From assembly GCA_963766075.1 (NCBI GenBank), contig CAVYAN010000074.1, positions 11,864-75,863 of the forward strand: a stretch of 64,000 nt of DNA. Direction: 5' to 3'. Numbering within the stretch: position 1 is the stretch's first letter; every line of letters begins with the position of its first letter. The notes beneath the pieces are model-generated. The model was not told the origin of the DNA and made no database searches. It was given only the letters and a program-made list of their open reading frames with translations. Origin of the DNA: an uncultured cyanobacterium (GTDB lineage: Bacteria; Cyanobacteriota; Cyanobacteriia; Leptolyngbyales; Leptolyngbyaceae). Positions 52,340-62,244 of the stretch are shown here, in pieces. A program made the translations under genes and the position numbers.

Positions 52340-54610
52340 CTAGGGTTCAGGTTTGAGCCGCTGGAGGGTCTTTAGCCGTTGTCGCAGATGATCCAGATTG
52401 GGCGATCGCCCCCCATAGCGCCACTGGACATAGGCATCCGAAATCTCAGCAATGCCCTCTGCCCGTCGGGGTTGCACCCGCCGTGCCTGGTTGACATACT
52501 CCTGCGGCGTTTCCGCAGCCCCCTTCCGCAGCCCCTCGCCCGCCAACCAATCCACCATTTTCCGATAGATTCGTTCCATGGGCGGCAGTTTAGCCAAGCG
52601 TCGCTGGTAGTGCCAGTTTCGCCAAACAAGCCACAGCAGCCAGCCCAGAAATCCCAGACCAATGGCCCCAATCAAGCCCACCAGCGCCCCCAGCCAGCTT
52701 TGGGTCACCAAGGCAACCAGCCACAGCAGCCAGGACAGCATGCCGCCCAGCACCATGCCCAACCAGCCGCGCAACGGCGACGGCAACCAGCCCGCGACCC
52801 ATTTCCAAAACTGCTCGAGCACGGTAAACGTCTGAGATTCTTCCACAGACGGGGGGATGACTTCATGGCCCGGAATCGGGTCGAAGCCAAACCAGCCAAA
52901 CTGCGGAAAATAGACCTCCGCCATGGCATAGGCATCGGTATTCCGAACGACATACAAACCGGTAAAGGGATTAAACTCGCCAGCCCCATACCCCGCGGCC
53001 AGCCGTGCTGGAATGCCAATCGAGCGCAGCATCACTGTCAACGCCGTAGAAAAATGATCCCGATAGCCCCCTTTGTACTTAAACAAAAACGCCTCTACCA
53101 TGTCTTCTCCCACGGCCAAGGAGGGTAAATTTTGCTGAACAGTAAAGGTTTGCTTCAGTTTCTGCGCCAGAAATAGCGCTTTCTCGTAGTTGGTGGTGAT
53201 GGGCTGCGGCGCTGTTGCCAGCAAGCGCTCGGTTTCTTGGCGAATTTTGGGCACGATCGCCGCGGGTAACCCCAAGTAGTATTGGCGAATGGGCTGCCCA
53301 TAATCCGTCGTGGCTTTTCCGAGCAGTGTGCGATCGCGATAGGGTACCTGAGATACCACCGTGTAGGTCATTCCTTCCCGCAGGTTCAGGGGCGATCTCA
53401 CGCCACCCTCCGGATCCATGGCCACCTCCTGGGTGGGGAAGTAAAGCTGGGTGGGCGTTGCCAAAGCCGGGACCAAATTGGGCAAATCCGCCAGTACGGT
53501 ATAGGTTTGAATCACCTCCTGCGATCGCCCCTGAATGCCCCGCTGGGGTAAATAGAATTGATAGGACCACGGAGGCCGACTGACTGTCCGTGTGTCGCTA
53601 TTGCGCGCCACTTCCCATCCCTGTCCCAAATACTTGTCAAACGCCAACACCCGCCAAAAACCCTCCACCTGCGATCGCACCCGCAGCACCTCCTTAGGCT
53701 TTAACTGCCCCCGCAAATTTTGATTAATCTTGCTGTTAAACCCATAGTAAAACGTTTCATCCATCTGCCCAGGGCCACTGCTCTGAGAGGGATTAGCCCC
53801 ATTCCCACTGCCTTCTCCTGCCTGAGCATTCCCCGATCGCACATAGCCCGGATTCATCACCTGACGATTATCAAAGTTCTCAGGCGTGGACAGGGGCGCA
53901 CTGACGGGAAACGTCCGCAGTTGATATCCCGGCAAGCGGGGCAAAAAGGCAAAAATCGTCAGCCCTAGAGACAGAATAACCACAAAAAACAAGCCCAGCT
54001 TTTTCCAGTCCAGTCCCGCCTGTTTAAAGGGAGATTTGTAGACCGTCCCCAGCAATCCAAGCCGGGAACGATAGTCCAGAACAAGAACCGGCAGGGCGAT
54101 CGCTAAAAACGTCACTAAAAACAGCCCGAATACCATCGTCTGGCTCAGCGTGCAGGCCACACTAATCAGAATCAGCCCAATCACCATCGAATAGCCCAAA
54201 TCCTTGCGGCGTGGCAAGTCGAACGTATGCAACACCTGTAACTGCACCAGCAACTCCACCAGCACCAAGCGGGTGTCGTTCAATTCCCCCCGCAAACCCA
54301 TAAAAAATGCCCCCAATGCCAGGAGCATTAAAATTGCCAATATAAACTTCACCGCAACGTTGGGTTGCCGACGACGCCTCCAACTCCAATACGCCCCGGC
54401 AACGCTGAGCGGAATGGCCCACAGACTCATGTCTGTCGAAGCGGCTACATCCGTTGCCCCAATCCCGACCAGCACCATGGCCTGTGTCATCGCCCGCAAT
54501 AGCCAGGAGTCTTCAGCCTCCACAGGCAGCAGTCCTCTATCACGACGGCGAAACCACTTTTTCCCTAAAGGGAGCTTAGTCGATTTAACGGAGAAATCTG
54601 TGCGCGCCAT
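52340..54610 (-). CDS. DUF3488/transglutaminase-like/DUF4129 membrane protein
   Basis: N-terminal TM helices; FSTALTVMLRSIGIPARL..G, A.AEVYFP.FGW..FDP; ETP.EY..Y...RYG. Confidence 0.88.
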   Translation of the reverse strand: MARTDFSVKSTKLPLGKKWFRRRDRGLLPVEAEDSWLLRAMTQAMVLVGIGATDVAASTDMSLWAIPLSVAGAYWSWRRRRQPNVAVKFILAILMLLALGAFFMGLRGELNDTRLVLVELLVQLQVLHTFDLPRRKDLGYSMVIGLILISVACTLSQTMVFGLFLVTFLAIALPVLVLDYRSRLGLLGTVYKSPFKQAGLDWKKLGLFFVVILSLGLTIFAFLPRLPGYQLRTFPVSAPLSTPENFDNRQVMNPGYVRSGNAQAGEGSGNGANPSQSSGPGQMDETFYYGFNSKINQNLRGQLKPKEVLRVRSQVEGFWRVLAFDKYLGQGWEVARNSDTRTVSRPPWSYQFYLPQRGIQGRSQEVIQTYTVLADLPNLVPALATPTQLYFPTQEVAMDPEGGVRSPLNLREGMTYTVVSQVPYRDRTLLGKATTDYGQPIRQYYLGLPAAIVPKIRQETERLLATAPQPITTNYEKALFLAQKLKQTFTVQQNLPSLAVGEDMVEAFLFKYKGGYRDHFSTALTVMLRSIGIPARLAAGYGAGEFNPFTGLYVVRNTDAYAMAEVYFPQFGWFGFDPIPGHEVIPPSVEESQTFTVLEQFWKWVAGWLPSPLRGWLGMVLGGMLSWLLWLVALVTQSWLGALVGLIGAIGLGFLGWLLWLVWRNWHYQRRLAKLPPMERIYRKMVDWLAGEGLRKGAAETPQEYVNQARRVQPRRAEGIAEISDAYVQWRYGGRSPNLDHLRQRLKTLQRLKPEP

Positions 54611-54884
54611 AGTTGATTGGGATGGGAGGTCAGCGAACTGGGATCTAAAACCATACTACCCACAATTTTTGTCCGCCAACCCTCCCATCCCCACATCGCA
54701 AGATGGATAGTCATCCTATGCGAGTAAATGCTCTTCCCGCAGTCAATTTATACCCCGACAACACCCCTAGGCAATTCTCCTAGTCCTTCACGGTGGCAAA
54801 AGCAGGACAATCCCCTGTTTCATCCTCCCACCAGGCCGTTATCTCGTTCGTTTCCACGGGCATCCCGGCCACGCCAAAACCATC

Positions 54885-55898
54885 TTAGGTGGCGTCTGTC
54901 TGGACAGCAAACACCAGTGGCACCGACTGCTGCTCATCACCCAGGCGGACTTCCAACGTGCACGCCTGCCCCGGCTGAACCACCACTTCCACACCCAGTT
55001 GCCCTGCATTGGCCAGTTGGGTGGCTGCGTGTTGACCAGCCGTGACTAAAGCAAGGCTTCCCCCACTGGGCAAAGACCCTTGAACACGTAGCCGTGCCTG
55101 GGAATCGGCCATGCGATAGTCGGCCACCAGCGTTAAGCTGCCAAATTCGGTCAGCCATTGCCGTACCACAGGCGGCTGGCCAAGGGATACATGCAGAGTT
55201 AACGCCCCCAAAATCTCGCGGGCTGCCAACAGAGACAGCACCATTTGCTGGGTGGGTGCAGCGGCTTCGTAGCTGGAGGGATAGTCCACCACAGGCACCT
55301 CTCCCGACCGAGCGGGGGAGGTTATGACTAAACCTGCTAAATTGTTCAGGGCATAGCCTTCGCCGGGAAACAGCGTTTCCACAGCTTGAACTAATTTTGC
55401 ACCTTCGAGCAGACTCGATTGGGCTACGCTCTGACAACGCTGAAACAACTCCGATAAAAGGCCCTCGGGCAAAGCGACCGGCAACCCAAAATTTTTGAGT
55501 TGCGTCATCCATAGCCGTGGCGAAACGCCCATCCCCTCCAGACTAGACCCTACGGCTGGGGTGGCACTTTCCGCTTCGTAATCGTGAATCTCTGTTTCCC
55601 AAGGAAACAGCGGGGGGGTGCGTTGAGCTTCGCTTGCTAAACGATTTTTTAACAAACGATAAAAACGGTCTTGCACAGCAGGTATGTCTCCAAGATTGAG
55701 TAGGTATGATCTCTGAGAGAAAAGAGTCTCAGATTGACCACGGTCAGAAGCTCCAGCGTCACTGCTCGGGATCGACAAAACCTCCGGGTCCGATAAATCT
55801 TCCGGTGGTGGCAATTCAACTGAGCAGGGTAGATTTTCCCATGCTTCCCCTGCCAAGTGCAGGAGAAGTTTCTGTAAAGCCTCCGAGTCGTGATCCAT
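54885..55898 (-). CDS. patU: PatU-like protein (single ORF)
   Basis: LGDIPAVQDRF..LLK.RL..PPLFPWETE..GAKLVQAVE.LFP..QQMVLSLLAAREIL; directly downstream of the hetZ-like gene. Confidence 0.7.
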   Translation of the reverse strand: MDHDSEALQKLLLHLAGEAWENLPCSVELPPPEDLSDPEVLSIPSSDAGASDRGQSETLFSQRSYLLNLGDIPAVQDRFYRLLKNRLASEAQRTPPLFPWETEIHDYEAESATPAVGSSLEGMGVSPRLWMTQLKNFGLPVALPEGLLSELFQRCQSVAQSSLLEGAKLVQAVETLFPGEGYALNNLAGLVITSPARSGEVPVVDYPSSYEAAAPTQQMVLSLLAAREILGALTLHVSLGQPPVVRQWLTEFGSLTLVADYRMADSQARLRVQGSLPSGGSLALVTAGQHAATQLANAGQLGVEVVVQPGQACTLEVRLGDEQQSVPLVFAVQTDAT

Positions 55899-55912
55899 TT
55901 GCTTATAGACTC

Positions 55913-57076
55913 CTATTCATCGGTAGACAACGGTTCTCCGGAATCTAAATCATTACGAATTTCCCAAGCTTGCTCTAATAATTTAAACCATTGCTTCTGA
56001 AGCTGATTGGATGTGCATCCCAGGTCTTTCGCAATCTCGCCATCCGGCAGTTTTTGGCGTTTGAGTTGGGTCAATCTGAGTTGCGTTGGGTCTAGTCGGC
56101 CCAAAAATACCTTCCACTGTTGGGAGGTCAGGCCCAGGTTGCGATCGAGATCAGCCTCGAGCCACTGGTGCACCAACTCCCAGCGGTGGGACAGCGCAAA
56201 CCGAATCAGGTGATATTTGAACCGCTGTTGTAAGTAATCCCGTTGGCGAGGCGTTAGTCCCAGAATTTTCTCAATTTCATTGGCGGGGAGGTCCTTGAGC
56301 CGCAGGGCAAAATAGTCGGCGCAGTCGCTCTGATTCCGCTCTTCGAGATATTCGCTGAGTTCTTTGACCACGGTTTCCCGGAGGGCGTCTTCTGGCTGCT
56401 CTGGGATTTGAGCCACCATCTGCTCCCGAATTTCTTGCATGGGGGCGTTACTCCACTGGCTGTCCCCCTCGCTGGATGCGCCTTCGGCAGCTCGTTCAAT
56501 ATCGACAAGCGTTTCCGCAGGCTGCTGCTGCGAAAAGGTTTGGGCCCGCAGGATGATTAATTGCTGGTTGCGATGTCCCGGCAGTGGAATCCGTCGTTTA
56601 CCAAACCGCTCAGTGAACGCCATGTATTCTGCCAGTTGGAGCAGCGTTTTAGGCTGATAGGTGGTTGGAAGCTGATTTTCTCGGCGGCAGGCACTGAGGG
56701 ACTCAATGTAGAAGCCTTGCAAAAAGTCTTCAATTAGGGTGAGGCGGGCCTGATAGCTAGCTTGGGTCTGGGGTGGCGTAATGTAGCGATAGACAACGGC
56801 ACTAAGATTACTGTGCAGATCGACGCGACCCCGCCGAGAACCCAGCTTATAGTAATGGAGGCATTGCTCTAAACGATGTTTTGCTAGGGTAATAGCCCAA
56901 GCGCCAACCTCGCCAGAGGCTTGGATTCTTTTACTTTCGGCACAGATCCGGTTGACTTCCTGAGTGAGCCGTTCCGCAACCTGTGTGCAGTCCTGCTCGG
57001 AAGCGTTGGTGGAAACTCTCAACTCGTTAAATAGCAGTTGAAAAATGACGTCCACGCTTTTGCAGGTTTCTCTCAT
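55913..57076 (-). CDS. hetZ: HetZ-related protein
   Basis: RIC..S.RIQASG, YY.LGS..GRV.LHS.LSA.VYRYI, LAEYMAFTE, RQRDYLQQRFKYH, WELVHQWL; start moved to ATG 57076. Confidence 0.78.
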   Translation of the reverse strand: MRETCKSVDVIFQLLFNELRVSTNASEQDCTQVAERLTQEVNRICAESKRIQASGEVGAWAITLAKHRLEQCLHYYKLGSRRGRVDLHSNLSAVVYRYITPPQTQASYQARLTLIEDFLQGFYIESLSACRRENQLPTTYQPKTLLQLAEYMAFTERFGKRRIPLPGHRNQQLIILRAQTFSQQQPAETLVDIERAAEGASSEGDSQWSNAPMQEIREQMVAQIPEQPEDALRETVVKELSEYLEERNQSDCADYFALRLKDLPANEIEKILGLTPRQRDYLQQRFKYHLIRFALSHRWELVHQWLEADLDRNLGLTSQQWKVFLGRLDPTQLRLTQLKRQKLPDGEIAKDLGCTSNQLQKQWFKLLEQAWEIRNDLDSGEPLSTDE

Positions 57077-57236
57077 GGTGTTTAACACGACACTGACCCA
57101 AGGCTTAATGAATCGCAGCTTAACAATAGCAAATGCTTGATGACTTAACCCACTTTGACGGCCAGAGACGCTCTGGAGTGAAAGCTGGCATAGTCCGGAT
57201 AGACAACCCTGAAGTGATCTGGATGGTAAAGGTTCA

Positions 57237-57749
57237 ATGAGTTCGATGAATTCCGATGTTCCGAGTTTCGATCGCCAAATCCAAAGCCTAATTGAAGATG
57301 CGCCCCAAGATGGGACGACCCCGGCATTGGTGAGGGCGATCGCACCCATCCTAACCGCCCTGGCGGCACAACTCCGCCATCCGCAATATTACCTTGTCCA
57401 AACTTTACAACGCGATTGGGCAATCCTCACGATCCGCAATGATGCGGACCCAGACGTCGAGAAGACCCTAGTCTACGCTTTTCCGACTTTAAAGGACACG
57501 TTCCAGGGCCCTTTCCCCACCAATGATCCCGGCCTGATTTCCCTGCCGATGCCCGTGACCCATATTCTGTTTCAGATGGTGGCCCTGGAAGGGCTAGACA
57601 GCATTGTATTTTTTGAGACCCCTGGAAATTTGGATGTGGGAACTGAAATTCAGCGCCAAGAGGTGATGGCCTTAATCCAGGCTCAGCTAAACCCTGGCCT
57701 TGGGGAAGAACCTGTCATCCCATCGGATATTCCATCGGATTGGGCGTAG
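57237..57749 (+). CDS. Conserved cyanobacterial hypothetical protein
   Basis: LIEDAPQDGTTP..L.H.QYY.VQ..YAF..PVTHILFQ..DSIVFFE.PG. Confidence 0.75.
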   Translation: MSSMNSDVPSFDRQIQSLIEDAPQDGTTPALVRAIAPILTALAAQLRHPQYYLVQTLQRDWAILTIRNDADPDVEKTLVYAFPTLKDTFQGPFPTNDPGLISLPMPVTHILFQMVALEGLDSIVFFETPGNLDVGTEIQRQEVMALIQAQLNPGLGEEPVIPSDIPSDWA

Positions 57750-57789
57750 TCTAGCTGCGGCAGCGCCTAGGGGACTTTACTGGGGGACT

Positions 57790-58215
57790 TTACTGGGGAA
57801 CTTTATATTGGCGGGCGATCGCGGCAAAGGTGGGATAGTAAGCGGCAAAGTCTTGGCTTGGGGCTTTTCCCTGCCATCCATATTCAACCTGCTCACGATT
57901 TAGCGTCAGTGTCATTGCACTCGTCTCGTGGCCAATCTCTACCCTGAGGTTGCCCGTCCAGCCCTGAGCGGTTTGAAAATTTTGAGCCAAAGCCTCTCCG
58001 CCTTTGATCGATGCCCACCCACGCACTTGCACCGCCGCATTTTTGGGATCGGTAAAAGCTTGTCCATCCTGATTGCTTGGAGCGGCAGAGGCCGTCCATG
58101 AGCTGGGATAGACAAACTCAAAGTGAAACCGAGGATTCCGATAGGTTTGCCAGGACTCCGTTGGCCGGAAAGCGCTACAGGCCACTAGCACCAGACTCAA
58201 GCATAAAAGCCCCAT
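57790..58215 (-). CDS. Putative lipoprotein (PsbP-like fold possible)
   Basis: Lipobox LVAC; WQTYRNPRFHFEFVYP; start uncertain. Confidence 0.65.
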   Translation of the reverse strand: MGLLCLSLVLVACSAFRPTESWQTYRNPRFHFEFVYPSSWTASAAPSNQDGQAFTDPKNAAVQVRGWASIKGGEALAQNFQTAQGWTGNLRVEIGHETSAMTLTLNREQVEYGWQGKAPSQDFAAYYPTFAAIARQYKVPQ

Positions 58216-58478
58216 CCAACCCGCAAACCGCCTGTAATTCAAGGCGCTATTTTGTCTCCAGCGGGCCGTTGCGCCCAGCACTCCGCGCGGTCCAATCGCA
58301 CCGGAGCGCATGAAATCTGAATTTTGCGAGGAGGGGGTGAGAAAGGGGAAAGGCATTTTTTGACGGCTAATTGTAAATTAATGTAACGATATTGACGGCA
58401 AGGTGGCTATCCGGCTTGACAGCACCGCATTATCTGGCTATTCTGACATTCATACCCGGGTACAAAACTGAGAGTTCT

Positions 58479-58823
58479 ATGCAAGACAAGCAAAAGGTTA
58501 CGTTGTATCTCCCTCCTGAATTGCACCGTCAACTTAAAATCAGAGCCGCAGTCGATGGTGAAACCATGACAGACATTGCGCAACGGGCAATCGTTTTTTA
58601 CATGTCTCACCCTGAAGTCGTGGAGCAATACGGCGGATTCGGGCAATCTCACCGGGTATATAACTGTCCTGATTGCACGTCTCCAGTTGCACTGCGTGAA
58701 GGTGAATTAGTCTCGCTTTCTAGCCGTCCCGAGATCCTTTTGGATGATACGTTGTCGGTTGAAAAGGTTACCTTGGAGCCTATGGGCGCAGACTCCCAAG
58801 ATGGGGAACTTGTTCCCTGTTGA
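58479..58823 (+). CDS. Ribbon-helix-helix DNA-binding protein with a CxxC pair (slr0373-like)
   Basis: KQKVTLYLPPELHRQLKIRAAV..MT.IA.RAI; CPDC. Confidence 0.8.
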   Translation: MQDKQKVTLYLPPELHRQLKIRAAVDGETMTDIAQRAIVFYMSHPEVVEQYGGFGQSHRVYNCPDCTSPVALREGELVSLSSRPEILLDDTLSVEKVTLEPMGADSQDGELVPC

Positions 58824-58960
58824 TGGCATCGCACATTTAACCCCGAAGCGCTCAATCATGGGACGTTAAGTCTCAGGATTGAAGATGAAGTTGGCTTTCA
58901 CACCGCAACGGTAGGGTTCTCAGATTCGGATGTCCACGCTGTCTCTAAGTGGGTCGTTTT

Positions 58961-60469
58961 ATGCAAGAAGAGCTTAATGTTCTCATCCAGGCTCAGTACC
59001 CCTTAATCTATTTGGTTACCTCGGAAGAGGAGAGGGCTGAGGCGGCAATTTCAACAATTGCCCAGCAATACAGACCCCAGCGGCGCTTGTTCCTTTGGAC
59101 TGTGACTCACGGTATCGTGGAGTATGGTCAGCCCCGCAACGTTACTCAGCACAACACCGTTTCACCGGAGGCTGCCATTGAGTGGGTTACGCGGCAGAAG
59201 GAGCCCGGACTGTTTGTCTTCAAGGATTTGCATCCGTTTGTAGATTCTCCGGCAGTCACACGCTGGTTGCGCGATGCGATCGCCAGCTTCAAAGGCACAC
59301 AGAAGACCATTATTCTGATGTCCCCGGTCCAGAGTGTCCCCATTGAGTTGGAAAAGGAAGTAGCGGTTCTGGATTTTGCCATGCCTGACATGGCGGAGCT
59401 CAACCAAGTCCTTTCCCAGCATCTCGATCAGTCGCGACGACGACTGGCCACAGAGGGGCGAGAGAAACTCTTGAAAGCAGCCCTGGGATTGACCCGAGAC
59501 GAAGCTGAGAAAGTTTACCGAAAGGCTCAGGTGACTGCAGGTCGCCTCACCGAAGAGGAAGTTGACATCATCCTGTCGGAGAAGAAGCAACTTATCCGCC
59601 GTAACGGCATTCTGGAATACATCGAAGAAGATGAAACTCTGGATTCTGTAGGGGGGTTGGAGGAGCTGAAGCGTTGGCTAAAGCAACGCTCCAATGCGTT
59701 CACGGAGCGAGCCCGGGAGTATGGTTTACCCCAACCTAAGGGCATGTTGATTCTAGGTGTCCCTGGCTGTGGCAAATCTTTGATTGCTAAGACTACGTCG
59801 CGGCTGTGGGGTCTACCGCTCCTGCGACTGGATATGGGGCGCGTGTATGATGGCTCCATGGTCGGTCGGTCCGAAGCTAACTTGCGGAATGCATTGAAAA
59901 CAGCTGAATCGATCTCTCCGGCTATTTTATTTATTGACGAAATCGATAAGTCTTTTGCGGGCACCTCAGGCTCTGGCGACTCGGATGGCGGCACCTCTAG
60001 CCGAATTTTTGGCTCTTTCCTGACGTGGATGCAGGAAAAGACTTCGCCGGTGTTTGTCATGGCAACGGCAAATCGAGTTGAGCGTTTGCCAGGAGAATTT
60101 CTGCGCAAGGGCCGATTTGACGAGATTTTCTTCGTCGATTTACCGACGCCGGAAGAGCGTAAAGATATTTTCAAGATCCATTTGTCCAAACGGCGGCGGG
60201 AAATTGCCCGCTTTGATCTCGACCAACTCGCCAATGTGTGCGATGGGTATTCCGGTGCCGAAATTGAGCAGGCGTTAGTGGCAGCCATGTACGAAGCCTT
60301 CGCTCAAGACCGGGAATTTACCCAATTGGACATCATTGCGGCGATTAAGGCGACTCTGCCGCTGTCGAAGACAATGACGGAACAGGTCACGGCCCTCCGG
60401 GACTGGGCACGGCAACGCGCCAGACCTGCCGCCGCTGCAGTTGCTGAGTATCAGCGACTGGAGTTCTAA
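58961..60469 (+). CDS. ycf46: Ycf46-family AAA ATPase
   Basis: YPLIYL...EEER, GVPGCGKS, FIDEIDK, RKGRFDEIFFVDLP. Confidence 0.92.
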   Translation: MQEELNVLIQAQYPLIYLVTSEEERAEAAISTIAQQYRPQRRLFLWTVTHGIVEYGQPRNVTQHNTVSPEAAIEWVTRQKEPGLFVFKDLHPFVDSPAVTRWLRDAIASFKGTQKTIILMSPVQSVPIELEKEVAVLDFAMPDMAELNQVLSQHLDQSRRRLATEGREKLLKAALGLTRDEAEKVYRKAQVTAGRLTEEEVDIILSEKKQLIRRNGILEYIEEDETLDSVGGLEELKRWLKQRSNAFTERAREYGLPQPKGMLILGVPGCGKSLIAKTTSRLWGLPLLRLDMGRVYDGSMVGRSEANLRNALKTAESISPAILFIDEIDKSFAGTSGSGDSDGGTSSRIFGSFLTWMQEKTSPVFVMATANRVERLPGEFLRKGRFDEIFFVDLPTPEERKDIFKIHLSKRRREIARFDLDQLANVCDGYSGAEIEQALVAAMYEAFAQDREFTQLDIIAAIKATLPLSKTMTEQVTALRDWARQRARPAAAAVAEYQRLEF

Positions 60470-60616
60470 CAGGCTTTCTCCTGCTTCCCAACAGGAGTAA
60501 AGGCTGGACCTTCGGGGCCAGCAGTTTAAAAGCTAATAGTTGACGGTCTCAAGCTATTAGTCGGCTACGCTAACCTAACTACGTTGTTCTCACATCTCCA
60601 CAGGAGGAAACCCCAA

Positions 60617-60970
60617 ATGTCACACTTTAGCACTCTGCGCACCAAGATCACCGACGCTGAAATCCTGAAGTCTTCTCTGCGTGATCTGGGCATTTCTGTT
60701 AAGACCGAAGCGGATGTTCGTGGCTATAACGGACAGCGCGTTCGTTCTGACATCGTTGCCGTTTTGGAAGGCGAATATGATCTGGGTTGGTCCCGCAATG
60801 CTGATGGTTCTTTTGACCTGATTGCTGACTTGTGGGGTGTGGCCAAAAAGCACAACCAAACCGAATTGATCAATTCGATCAACCAGAAGTACGCGGTGAA
60901 CAAGACCTTAGCAGAAGTCAAGCGCCCCGGGCTGAACAACGCCAATGTCAAGTTGGTCTTGCAAAAGTAG
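60617..60970 (+). CDS. ycf35: Ycf35/DUF1257 protein
   Basis: MSHFSTLRTKI..VRGYNGQ..YDLGW..DLW..INQKYA; AGGAGG RBS upstream. Confidence 0.9.
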   Translation: MSHFSTLRTKITDAEILKSSLRDLGISVKTEADVRGYNGQRVRSDIVAVLEGEYDLGWSRNADGSFDLIADLWGVAKKHNQTELINSINQKYAVNKTLAEVKRPGLNNANVKLVLQK

Positions 60971-60992
60971 ATTCTCTACGCGTTCCCAAACT

Positions 60993-61026
60993 AGCGGGTT
61001 AACCTCTTAGGGTTAGCCCGTTTTTT
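60993..61026 (+). terminator. Intrinsic terminator after ycf35
   Basis: CGGGTTAACC-TCTTAG-GGTTAGCCCG-TTTTTT. Confidence 0.85.
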
Positions 61027-61051
61027 GTGCTATCGCCCGTTATTGCAAGGT

Positions 61052-61984
61052 TTATAGAGATTTTAGAATCTCATCATCTATAGAAAAATCGATCGCGGCT
61101 TCGGTGCGCCCGGAGGGTTGATAATCGTTTTCAAATGCATCTTTCAGGCCCGCCACTAAGTCAAAGGTGGGTTGCCAATGAAGGTCCGCTTTTGCTTTTT
61201 CCACTGAAGCGAAGAAATGCTGCGTGCGCATGGGAAACGCTTTGCGCTTACCAAAATCAAATTTTTTGGCATCATAATGGAGAATTTGCAGCGTGGCTGG
61301 ATCCTTCCCCGCCGCGATCGCGCAGGCTTTGGCTAAGCCATCAAAGGTGACAGCGCGATCACCCGACAGGTTATAAATCTGACCAATGGCCTGGGAATTG
61401 CCCAACACATTCACCATGGCCTGCGCCAGATCTTGAACATGGCCCAGTTGGGTGAAGTGCTGGCCATGGCTAGGAATCGGGATCGGGCGATCGCGGACAA
61501 TTCGGTCAAAGAACCACGCCTCTAGATCGTTATAATTCTGGGGACCATAGATATAAGTAGGGCGAATTGCCGTAAACGGTAGGTTCTGGGCGGCCAGATA
61601 GGCTTCGGTCTCGTGTTTGCCTTTGTGACGACTGTTGGGATCAACGGCATCTCCTTCCCCATGGGGCATTTGGTCAGACTTGAGGTAAACCCCGGCAGAA
61701 CTCATGTAAATAAAGTGCTGCACTTGATCTCGAAATAGATCGGCGAGAGGTTGGGTGTCGCTGAGTTCGCGCCCATTGTTGTCGAAGATGGCATCGAACT
61801 GGGCACCGGAAAGTTGGCTGATCAGAGTTGAGGAATCCGTGCGATCGCCGACAATCTGCTGGACACCCTCTGGGAGCGGTCTGTTTCCCCGATTAAACAG
61901 CGTCACACTGTGTCCCTGTTTCACCAATAGGCGAGTCAGGTATACGCCAATAAATCGGGTACCGCCCATGACTAAAATTCGCAT
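61052..61984 (-). CDS. NAD-dependent epimerase/dehydratase, CSP41-like RNA-binding family
   Basis: GGTRFIG, DNNGREL, SSAGVY, SRHKGK, TQLGHV, KAFPMR.QHFF. Confidence 0.88.
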   Translation of the reverse strand: MRILVMGGTRFIGVYLTRLLVKQGHSVTLFNRGNRPLPEGVQQIVGDRTDSSTLISQLSGAQFDAIFDNNGRELSDTQPLADLFRDQVQHFIYMSSAGVYLKSDQMPHGEGDAVDPNSRHKGKHETEAYLAAQNLPFTAIRPTYIYGPQNYNDLEAWFFDRIVRDRPIPIPSHGQHFTQLGHVQDLAQAMVNVLGNSQAIGQIYNLSGDRAVTFDGLAKACAIAAGKDPATLQILHYDAKKFDFGKRKAFPMRTQHFFASVEKAKADLHWQPTFDLVAGLKDAFENDYQPSGRTEAAIDFSIDDEILKSL

Positions 61985-62244
61985 TGCTTTGTCCTACCTG
62001 TCCTAATCCTATCGGTCCTAACCTGATATTGGTCCTAGACTGGCCTGTCCTGGCTGCCCAACCGTTGCCTATCTTACGATCATCGGGTTGACCGAAGCGA
62101 TCATCAAGCCAGCGGTAGGCCATCACGCTGCCCACGGCACCACCTGATAAACTTTGGGAAAGCGTCTGAAACCGTGATTCAGTTTGGCCCACTCGATTTT
62201 CAGCGTTACGAGTCCAGCGTTTAGCCCAGTGCGGGAAAGGTACC

